In this document: positions 27,836 through 41,079 of the stretch, in pieces
Position numbering within the stretch: position 1 is the first letter of the stretch
Layout: the number at the start of each line of letters is the position of its first letter
Source: the human T2T-CHM13v2.0 reference genome, Homo sapiens
Assembly (NCBI RefSeq): GCF_009914755.1
Contig: NC_060928.1
DNA length: 64,000 bases
Strand: one strand, 5' to 3'
The notes under the pieces: model-generated
Databases searched by the model: none
What the model was told of the DNA's origin: nothing
The model's input: only the letters and a program-made list of their open reading frames with translations
Program-made: the position numbers and the translations under genes

Positions 27836-30800
27836 AACAAAAGAATCATACATAAGACGGTGTTGCCAGTTTATCATTTAATGAAGAGGCTTTTTTCTTT
27901 TATCAATTATGGTAAATCTTTGACTAGTTCAAAAAGGGATTTAGGCAGATCTATTTTTGAGCATTTCTCCTGTTAATATTTATATTGAACTTCAGCCTTT
28001 TGGGGTCAACAGCTAGAAACCATCACAGCCTGCTATAATCCATTAGTTACAAAAGGATGGAAATTATCCTGCAAAAAGCGCCAGGCTGCAGAGGTTCTTG
28101 TTTGGAATTATTACACTGCTGTTGGATATTCTAACTACCCACTTGTGTTCAAAGGAGAAGCGGCATTTGAGAAAGCTTCTAAATGTGGGTTCTGCCACCT
28201 ACCATGTAGAACTCTATGCCAGTGGGTCAAACATACTTGCCGTCTAATTTAGCATCCCAATATAGATTCTAGCAGAGCTTCTTTGACATAGCTAATCTCT
28301 CTGAGTTTCAATTTCCTCACCTATAAACTTGGGAGTAACGACTTTGTGTGGCAAGAACCCCAAGTAATTAATCAAAATTCTAACTTTGTGCTTGGACATA
28401 GGGATTGATCATAAATGTGGGCTATTATTGTCTTGATCTTTGTTTTTGCTGTTGTTCATATAGTACTTATTAATATGGCTACTAATTTCAGGTTTGTCAT
28501 TTCTGTCGTTTTAATTTTATTTTATCAAATAAATTATCATAATAATCTTTTCATTGGCTCTCCTGTCCCTAGTTCTCCCCCTAATATTGATCTCTCTCCT
28601 TTTAATTCCAAGCTGCAATTGCAAGGCTAATATTTTGAAAGGAACACTGACTTCACATTATCTATTAATAAATTCTAAACCAAGCCCAACACAACATGAT
28701 CCTAACCTAATTTTCAAGAATTTATTTTCCTTCTCAGTTTTTTTTTGTTTTTTAGTCAAACTGAACTTTTTGTTGCTCCTTTTTTTGTACATTTCATGTT
28801 TTAGCCTTCATTTGAGTTTAATTAGCACATTTTAACCAGATGCCTACATTGTGTCAGATATTTTCTGGGTAGTAGGAGTGTCAGGATAATCCAAAAGAAT
28901 CCCTGCCTTCCAGGAGCCCATGACTGGTGTGGCGAGGCAGGTGTGATTTTGATTCATCTTTTGTGAGATGTTTTATTCGTTGAGATTACCTCTAATTACT
29001 CTTAAAATTACACACAGTTTTAGAAGTCCATCTCAAAATAGTCCCCTATGAAAACCACATAAATCCCTCTCACTCATTTAAACTAATATAGTTCCTTTTC
29101 TGTGCCACTTCATCTTGTCTTACTTTATGTTATTTATGTTGGTGTTTTCTTGAGGGCAGGGATCATGCTTTATTCACATCTGTGTCTTTCATCGTACCTT
29201 ATGTATAACAGGCTTGCAATAAATATGGGTTAAATATCAAAGGAATGTAATAGTACAATTTGACTTTAAATAGAATAATAACCAAAGTTTTCAGGGACCA
29301 TTTTTCAAAAGACCCATTCCCCCAAGATACTTAACCTACAATGCTTACTTTGTATAAGCTCTGTTACTTAAGCTAACAAACAATAGTTCTGGAAACCTCA
29401 TATACAGAAACATAAGGATATTTAGATGTATAATATATTATATATATAATATATTTTGTTACACCACTAGACTTGGCTTGAATGAACCAGAATATTGCTT
29501 GCTTATTTCCTTGATGTTCTTTTCTTACACGGTTTGTTCTACAAATGTATAAATATTAATATATTAGAAAGTTATAGAAACAGATGAAGGAAAAATAGAC
29601 ACAAATATAGTATGGAAGCCTGGACATAAACCAGGGATTTCAGAAATAGAAGCTATGGAGATGCATCCGGGAGGAGGGTCTGTTTTAGCACATTTGGGCA
29701 TGCATCTTTAAATAGGAGACACATTTCTGGAAGGAACATAGGGTCCTGTGGGTAAAGTATTGGGTTGCCTTGTTTTATATTTACTTGAGGCTATTACAGA
29801 GAATCAACTACAGTGTAAAGGGAGAGCAAAACCAAGCGAGTTTGGATTTAGGGACATTAAGTACGCTTTGAACAGATCAGAAGCCCTGGACAGACGCCAC
29901 CACAAAAGCAGCAGCATCTGGAAGTACACGTGCTCATCTCTTTGTATTGCTTGGTGTGATTTCCATGGCTACTAAACGAGTCATTCACTTCAACCTACAT
30001 TGATGTGATCAAAATAGTTTCATCAGAGCAAATTCTCATCCCCTCTGAAGAGTGGACAGATTCTTAAGGATTGTCCACGTTTGTATTAACGACCCTATTG
30101 CTTATGCCGTCACAATTACAGCTAACCAGATAGGTGCAGTCAATGGATTTTGTCAATGATTTACCTTCAAAGTAACAATACTCACATACAAGTAGAAGTT
30201 AAAAGGATTTCAATAAATTCGGTAATTGACTTTTTAACTATACGTTTGTGTCAGGCATTTATACTTAGCAAATCTTATTTATTTCAATGTATTTGATTGT
30301 TTTGAAATCAGTGACAGGTTAATAACTTTGTTATCAGATTACTAAATTAAGCTTTTATCAGATCATGTTTACATTAAAAAAGAAAAGCCTGAAGACATTA
30401 TTAACTTCATTTCAACAAGCTTCTGTAAATAAATAGGCTTTCATTAGGAAACCAGCCCTATTTATCAAGGTTATTAAACCATTTTGTAACAAAAAGCATG
30501 ATTTACAAAAATGTCCCATGATTAGGCTTATTTTATTTTGATACGACCAGGTTTGCTACACATTTTAACATAAATCAAGATAAACAGCTTGTTCAGAAAA
30601 AATAAAGCTTCAGAAAAATGCACCTTAATCACTGTTTTGAGTTACTGATTAATGTTTGTCCCTGAATCTGCTCCAGACAGATTTTATGTTTTCTTTGATG
30701 ACTTTCACTGGAATATGGTTGGCTTTTATGATTAAACCCATCCTTATGGTATAATCCTTGACTAGGAGTTAGACATTGAAAAACACTTAAAACTATACAT

Positions 30801-31589
30801 GGTCAATTTCTTATAATTGATTTTTTTCAGTAAACTCATGGAGAATAACTTTTGTGGTGATTATTAGAATGTTCAAAAACATATTTCTATTGTGAAAACC
30901 CAGTGCTTGCTTTCTGAGTCTGCGGGTCTATCCAGCCTGCCCAAGAACTCGATTCAGCTAAGGTTCTCCCTTCCATTATGGAGCCTGGAAGGTTTTATGC
31001 AAAACCAGTGACTGTGCTCCCCGAGAAAGTCCACTGAGTAGCGTGCTGGACAGAACCTGACCAGGACTCCATGCTTTCAAGCTCTGGTTCTACCGTCTGT
31101 TACTTAGGCAAATGTTTTCACCTGACTGTAGGGTTGATTAAGGCTTTTGGCTTGCCCCAAAAACCCCTGTATTTCTGGATGGGAATCAGTTGGAAGTATT
31201 TTGCTAGGGTCCTGTCTTTGCCATTCCATCTAGCTCTAGTAATCTTGATGGCTCTTATCTCTTATGCTCTGGATGAAAACTGGTAATACTTCTTTCTCCA
31301 TTTGTTTTGTGTAAGCATGGTGGTCGGTAAGATGATTTCTGGTGAAGCAGCAAAACCACAGGCTCTTGTTTCTAAATCTGGTTAACTGAATGCCTTCTGT
31401 GTTCACCTGTCATCACAAAAGGATGCGCAGGAGCACTCATTATTTTAATCGGAGTCGTTCCTAATTCTAAAGTTAATCATGGCGATTCTCAGATCAGGGA
31501 GAAAATTAATTAAGATGCAATGCTATTTTCTTCTCTCCCAGGGTGACATCTCCCAGGTTTCTCATTAAATCGCCCATTTAGTGTTTGGT

Positions 31590-31920
31590 TTCAGTGCTTT
31601 GGAGCCAGGCAGACCAGATGCAAACCCCAGCTGCATGTGCCATTTGCTCCCTGAGGGGCAGAGATGATGGCCTTGCTGCCAGTGGCATCTCCAGCCCTGG
31701 AACTGTGCTGGGTGCACACGAGGAGCCAAATGCATGTTTTCTGAGGGGAGTAAGTGGAAGAATGAATGAAGTCAGCCCTTCCATCTCTTCTTCCTTAGCT
31801 GTCAAATAGGATGACAAAATACCTATTTGCCAGTGGTTGTTGTGAGGATTAAATCATAGATGTAATGCATTTAGCACAGTGAATGGGCACATGAGAAGAA
31901 TTCTATAAATGGCGGTTGTT
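31590..31920 (+). mobile_element. MIR with a nested L2 3'-end fragment (~31650-31770)
   Basis: MIR start ctttggagccaggcagacc, L2 tail ...gaatgaatgaa, then MIR resumes with gttgttgtgaggattaaat...ttagcacagt. Confidence 0.65.
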
Positions 31921-32751
31921 CATCTTCCTACAGGAAGGGCAGATCTCTGAGTCATAGAAATTGCTTCTTATTTCCCACTTTCCTTTATTTCCTTATGTGG
32001 TGAAGTATAAGTTCCACTGGTATTCAACAAGTAAAACTCTTGTTCAGGGTAATGTGCTACTAACTTTTAAGTCTGCATATTTTAAAATGACAGAAAATCT
32101 AGTTTTTTCATTAACTTTCTACTCATCTCTTTCTGGGCCCGCTCAGCAAATCCCCGGTTTCAGAGGACTGCCCTGTAAGGAACTATAGACAGGGTTTCCA
32201 TCCGTATTTCCATTTTCTGAATAAGTAACAAGGGGAACTAGACTCTCAGGGCCTCCTCTGCCTGCTTCGTCCTTATGGAGCTGATGTGGGGAGAACACTC
32301 CTCACTGTCCAGTCTAGTGATGACCACAGTTCTGTAGCCACGTTGATCTGTGTACTCGAGGTCAGTTAGTTCCAGAAAATCATCCAGTCTAACATTTGCT
32401 CAGATTCCCTAATTTCTACTCTGTGAAAGACAAGGAATAGTACAGCTCTTCAGTTTCCTGGGGGAGTGCTTCATTACTTTTCCTCTTTTTCTTTCTACTT
32501 AGTCTAATGACTCAGATTCCAGATGGTTCTGCCTAAGTTTAGAATTATCATGATCTACTTTGTAGAGAGAAAAGAAAACATTTCTTGTACAGTACAACTT
32601 ATGTAATTTTTTTTCAGGGAAGTGAGAAAAATATAACACGCAGTGTAGAAGAACTTTTGGCTCTAACATTAGATATCAATGTTTCGTATTCTGTCATTGG
32701 GGTGTATTGTAATTTACTTATTTACTGTCTAATTCCTTCTGTAGCTAGTGA

Positions 32752-32988
<237 letters not shown>

Positions 32989-33354
32989 GTGAAGTTTACA
33001 TTTTCAAAGAATGTTTTAATGATATGGAAAAATATTCTCCAAACAATGACGTGCAAGTACAAGGTACAAACCAGGACAGTGTAATTCTAATTTTGTTTTT
33101 TTAAAAGGTCAATATACTTTCTTTTTTTTTTTTTTTTGGAAAAGAAATATTCCTAATAATTCATTTAATCATCTGGAGAGTGGGTTGAAGTTTTGTAAAA
33201 TTTAATTTCTTCATTATAGACTGTATTATTTTAATAAAAGCTTTTCTTTGGTGTCACCCATTGTGTGCAGCACTGAGCTGGGGCCCTGGAGCTCTCACTA
33301 TTGTCCATCTGGCCGCACCACTGTCAGCACTGCTTTCAATGAACTGTAACAGAA

Positions 33355-34080
33355 TACTGATGACTCAGCATTTCTGCTGCTGACAGGAAGTCCTTGAGCG
33401 AGTCTCTTTGTAGTTCCTCCAAGAAAGGATGCTCAGGCACTCCTTGGGTGAACAGCTGCAGGCCATGGAGAGGACAACCGGGTTGTAGTAGTAAGTTTGC
33501 ATTGGGCTATCCCAGAGCTAGAACAAGGGAACAGGTCAGCCCCTAGAGTCCCAGAGGTCACAGACTTGGGCAGGTCCAGGCGTTAAATGCAGCTGTGCCT
33601 TTGGAGCTGGACATCCAGGTACCTGGCTGCCTGCTGGGAACAGGTGAGTATGTATCAGCCATTGTGAAGCCTCAAAAGGCTGCAGCCTGACGTAGCTGCA
33701 GATCAGGCTGTACCCAAATTGCATTGTTACTGATGAAATAATTTTTTAAAAAACCAATGGTATCTATTTGAGCATTTTCCTCATGGACACCATTCAACAG
33801 AATGCTGTTCTCGGGGAACAAATGACTCATGCAAATGACTATTTTCTAGGTTTTTCTCATGGTCAAGCAGCCATGATCTTTTTATAGCTTTATTTTATTT
33901 TAACTCAGTCCCAATGGTTAATTTAAATCCTTTCTTTCTTTCATCAGTGATACAAAGAGCTCACTTTACTACAGTCTCATCTTGACAGAGTCAAATGCAG
34001 AGGCTGTAAGGCTGCCCACCTGAGGAGGAGGAACTGGAACTTAGGAAAACAGCTCAGATGCTTCATGCAAATGAGGAAGC
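33355..34080. promoter_or_regulatory. Candidate enhancer: ARE/MARE, ETS, AP-1 and two octamer sites
   Basis: ATGACTCAGCA 33360-33370; ACAGGAAGT 33383-33391; TGACTCA overlapping ATGCAAAT 33823-33836; ATGCAAATGAGGAAG from 34065. Motif evidence only. Confidence 0.45.
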
Positions 34081-34248
34081 TCAATTGGCTTCTATTGAAA
34101 ATACCTCACGCATCATTTTCTCTTGTCTCTACTTGCCAAAATATTTATAAAATATCTTTGCCCTGCCATACCTAACTAAGCCTCTTGGAATTTATTTTTT
34201 CAGTGAGATTCTCTGATGCAATAACCAAGCACTGGCTTTTAGAAAGTG

Positions 34249-34659
34249 TTCTCTCCCCCTCCCTCCCTCCCTGCCTGTCTCTCTCCCTCCCTCCCTGCCT
34301 GTCTCTCTCCCTCCCTCCCTGCCTATCTCTCTCCCCCTCCCTCTCTCCCTGCCTATCTCTCTCCCCCTCCCTCTCTCCCTGCCTCTCTCCCTCCCTCCCT
34401 GCCTATCTCTCTCCTTCCCTCTCTCCCTCCCTCCCTGCCTATCTCTCTCTCTCCCTCCCTGCCTATCTCTCTCCCTCCCTGCCTATCTCTCTCCCTCCCT
34501 ATCTCTCTCCCTCCCTCCCTGCCTCTCTCCCTCCCTCCCTGCCTGTCTCTCTCCCTCCCTCCCTGCCTGTCTCTCTCCCTCCCTCCCTATCTCTCTCCCT
34601 CCCTCCCTGCCTGTCTCTCTCTCTTCCTCCCTGCCTATCTCTTTCCCTCCCTCCCTGCC

Positions 34660-34746
<87 letters not shown>
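34249..34746. repeat. CT-rich ~24-bp-unit minisatellite, then (CT)n, then (AT)23
   Basis: Degenerate ctccctccctccctgcct(g/a)tctct units, then (CT)n to 34700 and (AT)n at 34701-34746. Confidence 0.95.
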
Positions 34747-34749
<3 letters not shown>

Positions 34750-35548
34750 TGTTTCTCTGTCTCACTCTAGATATACAATCAAATCAGTGTGCAGATGGAG
34801 GACAAAGAGTATCACAAAATTATTATTGTAACTTGTGGATAATAAATTTCAAAATCTGATGTCTGTGCTCCAATATCTGACCTCCTTTTTTGCAAAATAT
34901 GCACATGTGAAACCTGATTTACTACTGAGGAAGTTAACCCTTTCCTTTTGAAAGTAATGCATCAGTAGAAGATGGAAAGTTCAGTGGAGATGGGTGATCT
35001 TCTCAATTATGTGCATGAGAATAAGTAAACTCCCAGGCATTCCGTCACTCTCCAAAGTCAGAACAATCAAGAGGACACATCAGGCTTTAGAAAAACTCAT
35101 TCCCTTGGAAGATAATCTCAATAGCATGTGTGAATAGGAAGAGCATCAAAGTGTGACCGAGAGAGTGTCAGAGAAGAGTCACCTATTACAAGCATGATCA
35201 TAGTACTTAGGAAAAAGTAAGTTCCAGGCTTATGTGGATATTCATATAGATATTTTCCAGGGTTTTAGAGGTTCATGATTTCTCAGGGAGACCAAAGTGC
35301 CTATGTGACTGTGAGGGGTTATTAGTCCTCTGGGTTCTGGCTTTACTCAGAAATAGCCTGGACCACATGGGTCAGTCCTGCCCCACAGACATTAGGCCCC
35401 CTCCTGGGGCCCCTGCAGAGTGGGTCAGTTCTGCAGATGTGGGAAGGGATGAGTGTTGGGTTTGGGAACCAAAGGCTGTGTGTTGAGCTTACAGTAGACA
35501 ATTTGGAGCTGCTTCTTGCTTAGAGATGACCCAATATCCAAAAGTAGC

Positions 35549-35999
35549 TATTGCGGGCAAGTGGTGTTCCCCAAAAAGGTATGTTGAAGTCCTTCCTCAC
35601 CCCCAGTACCTGTGAGAGCGATCTTATTTGGAAACAGGATCTTTACAGATGTAATCCAGTTAATTGAGGTCATACTGGAGAAAAGTGAGCCCTAAATCCA
35701 ATGACTGGTATTCTTACATGGAGAGAGAGATTTGGAGACAGATCCATAGAAAGAACATTGTGAGACAATGCAGGCAGAGATGGGTGATGCTGCCATAAGC
35801 CAAGGACTGCCAGCAACCACCAGAAGTGGGAAGAAGTGAGGAAGGATTCGCTGCTGGAGCCTTCACAGGCAACCCGGCCCTGCTGACACCTTGATCTCAG
35901 ACTTCTACACCCCCACGTAGAGTGTGAGACAATAGATTTCTGTTGTTTCAAGCCACCCAATTGGTTGCACTTTGTTGCAGCGCTCTAGAAACTGATACA
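35549..35999 (+). mobile_element. MLT1B/C-like MaLR solo LTR
   Basis: cttatttggaaacaggatctttacagatgtaat...ccctaaatccaatgactgg...ctagaaactgataca. 5-bp TSD is gtagc/gtggc. Confidence 0.88.
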
Positions 36000-38329
36000 G
36001 TGGCTCAAACAGAGCCTCTAGGTGTCTCTTCTTTTGCAATCCAAAGACTGCACCAGTGCGACTTGAAGGGGTAAGAGAGCTAAATAAATTTGCTTTTGGG
36101 GAGATAGATTTGGGTAAGTTTCTCCATGCTGAGTTAGATGAGTGATATGTGGTGGTGGTAAAATCCAGATAACCCTTGAGTGTGATGATTTCAGAAAGAG
36201 AGAGCCAGGAGGCCTGGGAGCCAGCAGGCCAGCGGGGGTCCGCCCACTGGCCCCGAAACAGCGAACAGTGACATTGGAGCAAGGGCCCATCCCGTGCTTC
36301 TCTGGAGCCCCACTGGGCAGAGCCAGGTGGAGAAGCAGGAAACTGCACATTGGTGGGCTGGAGGGGCTTGGAGGGGCTGAGACAAGGTGTGTGCTTGGGG
36401 ATAAGGGCGTTCCTGGTCCCCGGTGAAGCATCAGTGACCAAGAGGCATCCTCTAGAAGAGGTAGACACTACATGGGAAGGGAGAAGCAGCATGAAGGAAG
36501 GCGCTTTAGGACAAGGGGATCAGTTACAGTTTCTTCGCCATGTGCCTTAGACCTACAGCTTGCTATTCCACTCTGAAATAAGGCAGAGTGAAGAATTCAA
36601 AAACAATCACTCTGGGAGAAAAAAGCGAGTTCTCTTGATATCCTTGCTTTCTCCTGGCCTCATTTCCTCTGATGTTCCCCTGCCCTCTTGCAAATCAATC
36701 AGCCTAAATCAAGGGTGTCTGTGCAGGTTCTCAAGACAGACATGCTGCTGGGAGTGGCACGTACGTGAACGTCAAGGAGATGTCAGGGCATGCGCATATT
36801 CTTTGGTGCCCACCGTCTTATTTTCTTAACTTACTGGGAAATCTTTTTGTTAGAGTGCACGCATTAAGTTTCTTCCTGGCCTCATCAGCCCCAAACCCAG
36901 GCAGTGGCGGGCGGTTTCCCGTGAGGACAGCGTACCTTCTGAAGAAATGCACCCAGATCAGAATGGTATACGAGTCTGTCCTATTCTGGCTCTAGAAAAG
37001 AAATGTCACAATAAATAGGTGGGTGGGGTCTGCCCCACACTCCCCAAAACAACCAAAACAGCGGCGAGATCAAACTGAGGACAACGTTATCATCATATAT
37101 TCTTTTCTTTACACAGTTTGATACCTACCTACTTCTCAGAACAAACACCGCGGAAAGGAAACTGGGTGGATACTTACTGTTTTTAGTTTGTTACATACTA
37201 CAATTAGTCACCATTAGCTAATTATATAGAAAAGGGGAAATTGGGGCTGTTTTACCCAGAGTTGGTTTTAGGTGGGGGTGAAGCAGGCAGGGTGATATTG
37301 GCAGCCTCATGGTTGGTTTTGCTGATTCAGTTCCTCTTTCCTTGCCCCCTATTTCATACAAAATTCCTCTGACAAAGCTTCCTGTGTGGCCACTGGTCAG
37401 CATTTTAATAGAATGGAAGGGTGCAGCACAGCAAAGGCCATAGTGTTAATATCCCTCGCATCTGCCGTTCCCACCTCCTCCTTGCTTTTCCAGTCCTTTC
37501 CAACTCTGCATAGGATGATGGGGAGAGGAGGGAGCTAGGAAGGGTGAGAGGCAAGCAAAGTCATTTCCAGCATTTTAAAGTCAGCTCTCCCAAAATGCTC
37601 TCTCTCTCCATAGCCTTCTCCCTACTGGGGCTTCAAAGCCTTCCCTCTACCTGAAACCACTCAGGGTGCAAGGAAGCCTCTTCAGGTCCCCCTCATCCTT
37701 GATCATTACACCAGCTCTTGAGGATCCTTTCTTTCTCTAAATTTGGCAACAATCTTCTGTTGCAGACTCTTTTCACTATTGGAATTCCCTTTCAGGGACT
37801 GCTCTCTACAACTTATATGGCTGCAGCAGCAGCTTATCTGACCATTTAAGGCTCTACACTGTGCAGACAGAAAAGGATCACACTCCTCTCTCAGACACAT
37901 TATAAGAAATTTTATACAAGGCCTGTGCATTTTCAAAACACAGGATTGACCTAATGAGCAGGAATTTGAGACCAGGTAGGAAAAGAGGGTCATGGGATGT
38001 GGGGAGCTGCCTGGGGGCTGGTGGGAACTTGCCAGGGGTCCTCATATCCCTTCATGAGACAGTTGCCTAATCAGCCTATTTCAAGGGATGGCCCTGATTT
38101 CACGGTGAAAAGCAAGGCATGTTTCTGCAGATACGTCAGTGCTCTAACAGCAACATGTCCTCTGCTAGGAGGACATCCTAGGAGATTCGCTTCCATTGAA
38201 TCAGAGTAAACTATTTTTTTTTTTTTTTTGCTTCTTGGCAGAATATTATTTGCAGATATCTGCAAATTTGGTAGGAAAGCTTTTTTTTCTAAATGGAACT
38301 ATCCTGAAAACAAAGGGAAAAAAGGGCAA

Positions 38330-38372
38330 ACACACACACACTCACACACACAAACAAACACACACACTCACA
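38330..38372. repeat. Interrupted (CA)n
   Basis: acacacacacactcacacacacaaacaaacacacacactcaca. Confidence 0.85.
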
Positions 38373-38523
38373 TGCGAGCCTTCCCCCAAATCCTTCCAAG
38401 TCTTCATTCTATTTAAGCTGTTCATAAATAATATCTGATGATAATCTCATTGAAAATGCATATGTTTTTATGTTAATTTTTGTTAATTTGACATCCCTAG
38501 ACGATATCATGAAAATATTTACT

Positions 38524-38562
38524 GTGTGTACGTTTGTGTGTGTGTATGTGTGTGTGTGGGTG
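38524..38562. repeat. Interrupted (TG)n
   Basis: gtgtgtacgtttgtgtgtgtgtatgtgtgtgtgtgggtg. Confidence 0.8.
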
Positions 38563-38749
38563 CAGTTTTGTCCCCTTAGTCCATGATGAATTAAAATAAG
38601 TAGTTTACCTATAGATAACTAAAATTCTATACATGTCTTCATGAAGTTTACCTTATTTAACCGTTGCAATTAACACATATCCCAGAAAAATCTTTAAATT
38701 TTATTTTTAATATTATCCTAATGTTGCTGAGTTCCCAGCAACACAATTA

Positions 38750-38950
38750 TTTATTGCAGCCAACATCTACCATGCTTACTATTACAGCAAGCTCTTTTCC
38801 AAGTTCTTAAATCAATAACACACAAGGCAGGGCCTGTGATATTTCCCATTTGTGGATGGAGAAGCAGAGCCGTGGACAGGTGCCAAGTCACCCAGGTCTC
38901 AGGGGTGGGGTGGGGTCTCCCCACAGACAGCCTGGCTCAGACACACTCTC
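38750..38950 (-). mobile_element. MIR
   Basis: cccatttgtggatggagaagcagag...aagtcacccagg. Confidence 0.6.
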
Positions 38951-41079
38951 CACTGCCGCAGCGCGAGGGACCCTTGTCATCATCCCACAGAGTTTGCCTT
39001 GTCATTGCTTCTGAAGTGCTTAGAGACTGTCAATGAAGGAGCAATCTCAATAAACTTTGTGGTTTTGTCATCCTCAGAAATGACCAATCTTCATGAAGGT
39101 GGTGTTGTGCAAGCCTGGGCTTCTATTAAAATAAAAAAGTGTGCTTTGCACCTAAGGCAATGGTGGGATTAAAGCAAGTAGCAAATTGATGTTCTCATTT
39201 AAAAGTCTTGCCTGGTCTGTGAGTGCCCTGGGCCTGCAAAGGTAAAAGAAGCCTGACCACAAAGCAACTGGGCATTCTGGAGGTTACTGGGCAGACCTGA
39301 GACTCCAGAGAAAGTAGGAAGAGAAGGCAGATTGTCAGTTAATGATGGCGGTGTTCGTTTCTGTTTGTATACTTTTAACAGTCTAAAAATGGGGCTTCGG
39401 ACACAATACCTTTCCTAAATGAAACCAGTGCCTGCTTCGTTACAGGCACAAGGTATGTACTGTGGGTGACATCCAGCCCCCTTCAGTTTTCCAGAGTCTT
39501 TCCTGGGGTCTTGCTTGGCTCAGGGCCACTGGAACACAACCCACCCGATGACACCAGGGTGTGTCGAGCCTGTGGTCAAGGTTCACACGTCTGTGTGTGC
39601 CACAACCACTGCAGAGGGGAAAGACATCATCCACACAACATCCCACCCTCAGCAGGGACTTGGAAAATCAGGAACCCGATAGTCCATAGTTGGGGAGACT
39701 GAAAGGTTCCCCAAACAAGCAAGGCTGCTCCATTTTACCTAACAATACCATACCTACTGGCACGGTTTCTCCCTGTGCCCCATTGCTAACATTTCTCCTT
39801 CGAGTTGGCATGCCAAGGAAAGCACAGTGAAAAATGTCTGAGTTCCGGGTTGCTCTTAGCAACATCCATGAATCTGAGTTTCTAACCTCCTTCCCTATAG
39901 AACAGTGCCTGAAGGAAGAACTGGCAATGCTCACTGGCGTCAGAATTGCCCACGATTTTTCCCTTTTCAGCAATTATTTAAGTGCTCCAAAAGCATTGCT
40001 TCCTTACTGTTTTCAAGGCAAGATAGAAGGAGAGGTTAATCTTGCTTAGAATTTCCTCTGCTTTCAAGTTCCAGGTTGGGGGTATAAAGAGGTTTGATAG
40101 AAAAGAACCGCAGCAGCCCAGGCCTGGCTGCAGGAGAAAGCAAAGTGTCTGGGGACAGGGGGTGTGGAGAGCAGGTGGTCTCCCGTCTCCTCCATCAGGG
40201 TCAGGAATGTGTCTGCTCCTTTACTGGAACCATCGCCCTCCCTGGATGGCTGTACCGTTTAGGGAGGCCTGTGCTGACAATACAGGTGCAATTCAAAAGA
40301 AATTCCATTAAAATAAAGTGGGCAGTGGGGAGAAACGGGGAATTCTGTCATGAAACATAAAACCTAAAATACTGTCTGGTCAAAACCTAGACAGCCTGTG
40401 AGACCCATGAGAGCTCGGAGACCCTGCTTTCGGAGCATAGGTGGGGACCCGAGGGGTGGGGCCGTGAGCAGGGTCTCAGGCCAGCCGTGGAGAAGGCGGC
40501 TGCCTCTGCGGGGATGGGCACCGCAGCGTGGTGGGCAGATATGAGGAAGGCAAGGACTTTCCCATTGACCATGCAAAACCTTCACGAAGTCAGGGTCTGT
40601 CCACCGTCTAAAGATCGAGACCTCATGTTGAGTTCTGAGGTAAAATGGGAAAACAGTTTTAACAGTGCAGTGAAGCTTCCTGCCAATAAGCAAACCTTTC
40701 CACCCTCCGCTCAGCTACAGAAACACATTTGGGAGCTCCAGGGAGGAGGCGGAGGGGCACAGGCGCTCCCCAGTGTGGGCCACGCTCAGGTGTCCCTTCA
40801 CAATGGCAGCCACACTGCTTCGTGAAACGGACACACTACGGGATGGAAAACAGTGAGAGGGAAGCCACGGCATCAAGAAGCAATAATCACAGAATGTTTT
40901 TGTGCTGTCCACGCCTTCCTCAACATCTGCCTCCACTTCCAAGTCAATCGAGACAGCCTGTTTATGTGGAGCTTTGAGATGACACATACACTTTACTGAC
41001 CCTAGAACAATACCCTTTCCACATCTAAAGCAATTTTCGTGTAAATGACTGTGCCATTAACCTTCCAGGGTCATTCAAA

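Noticed and set aside
34185-34859. 224-aa and 174-aa Ser/Leu/Pro-rich ORFs
   Set aside because: They are translations of the CT-rich repeat, which lacks stop codons.
35905-36492. 195-aa minus-strand ORF
   Set aside because: No recognisable domain, it ends inside an MLT1 LTR, and overlapping ORFs on both strands point to GC-rich chance openness.
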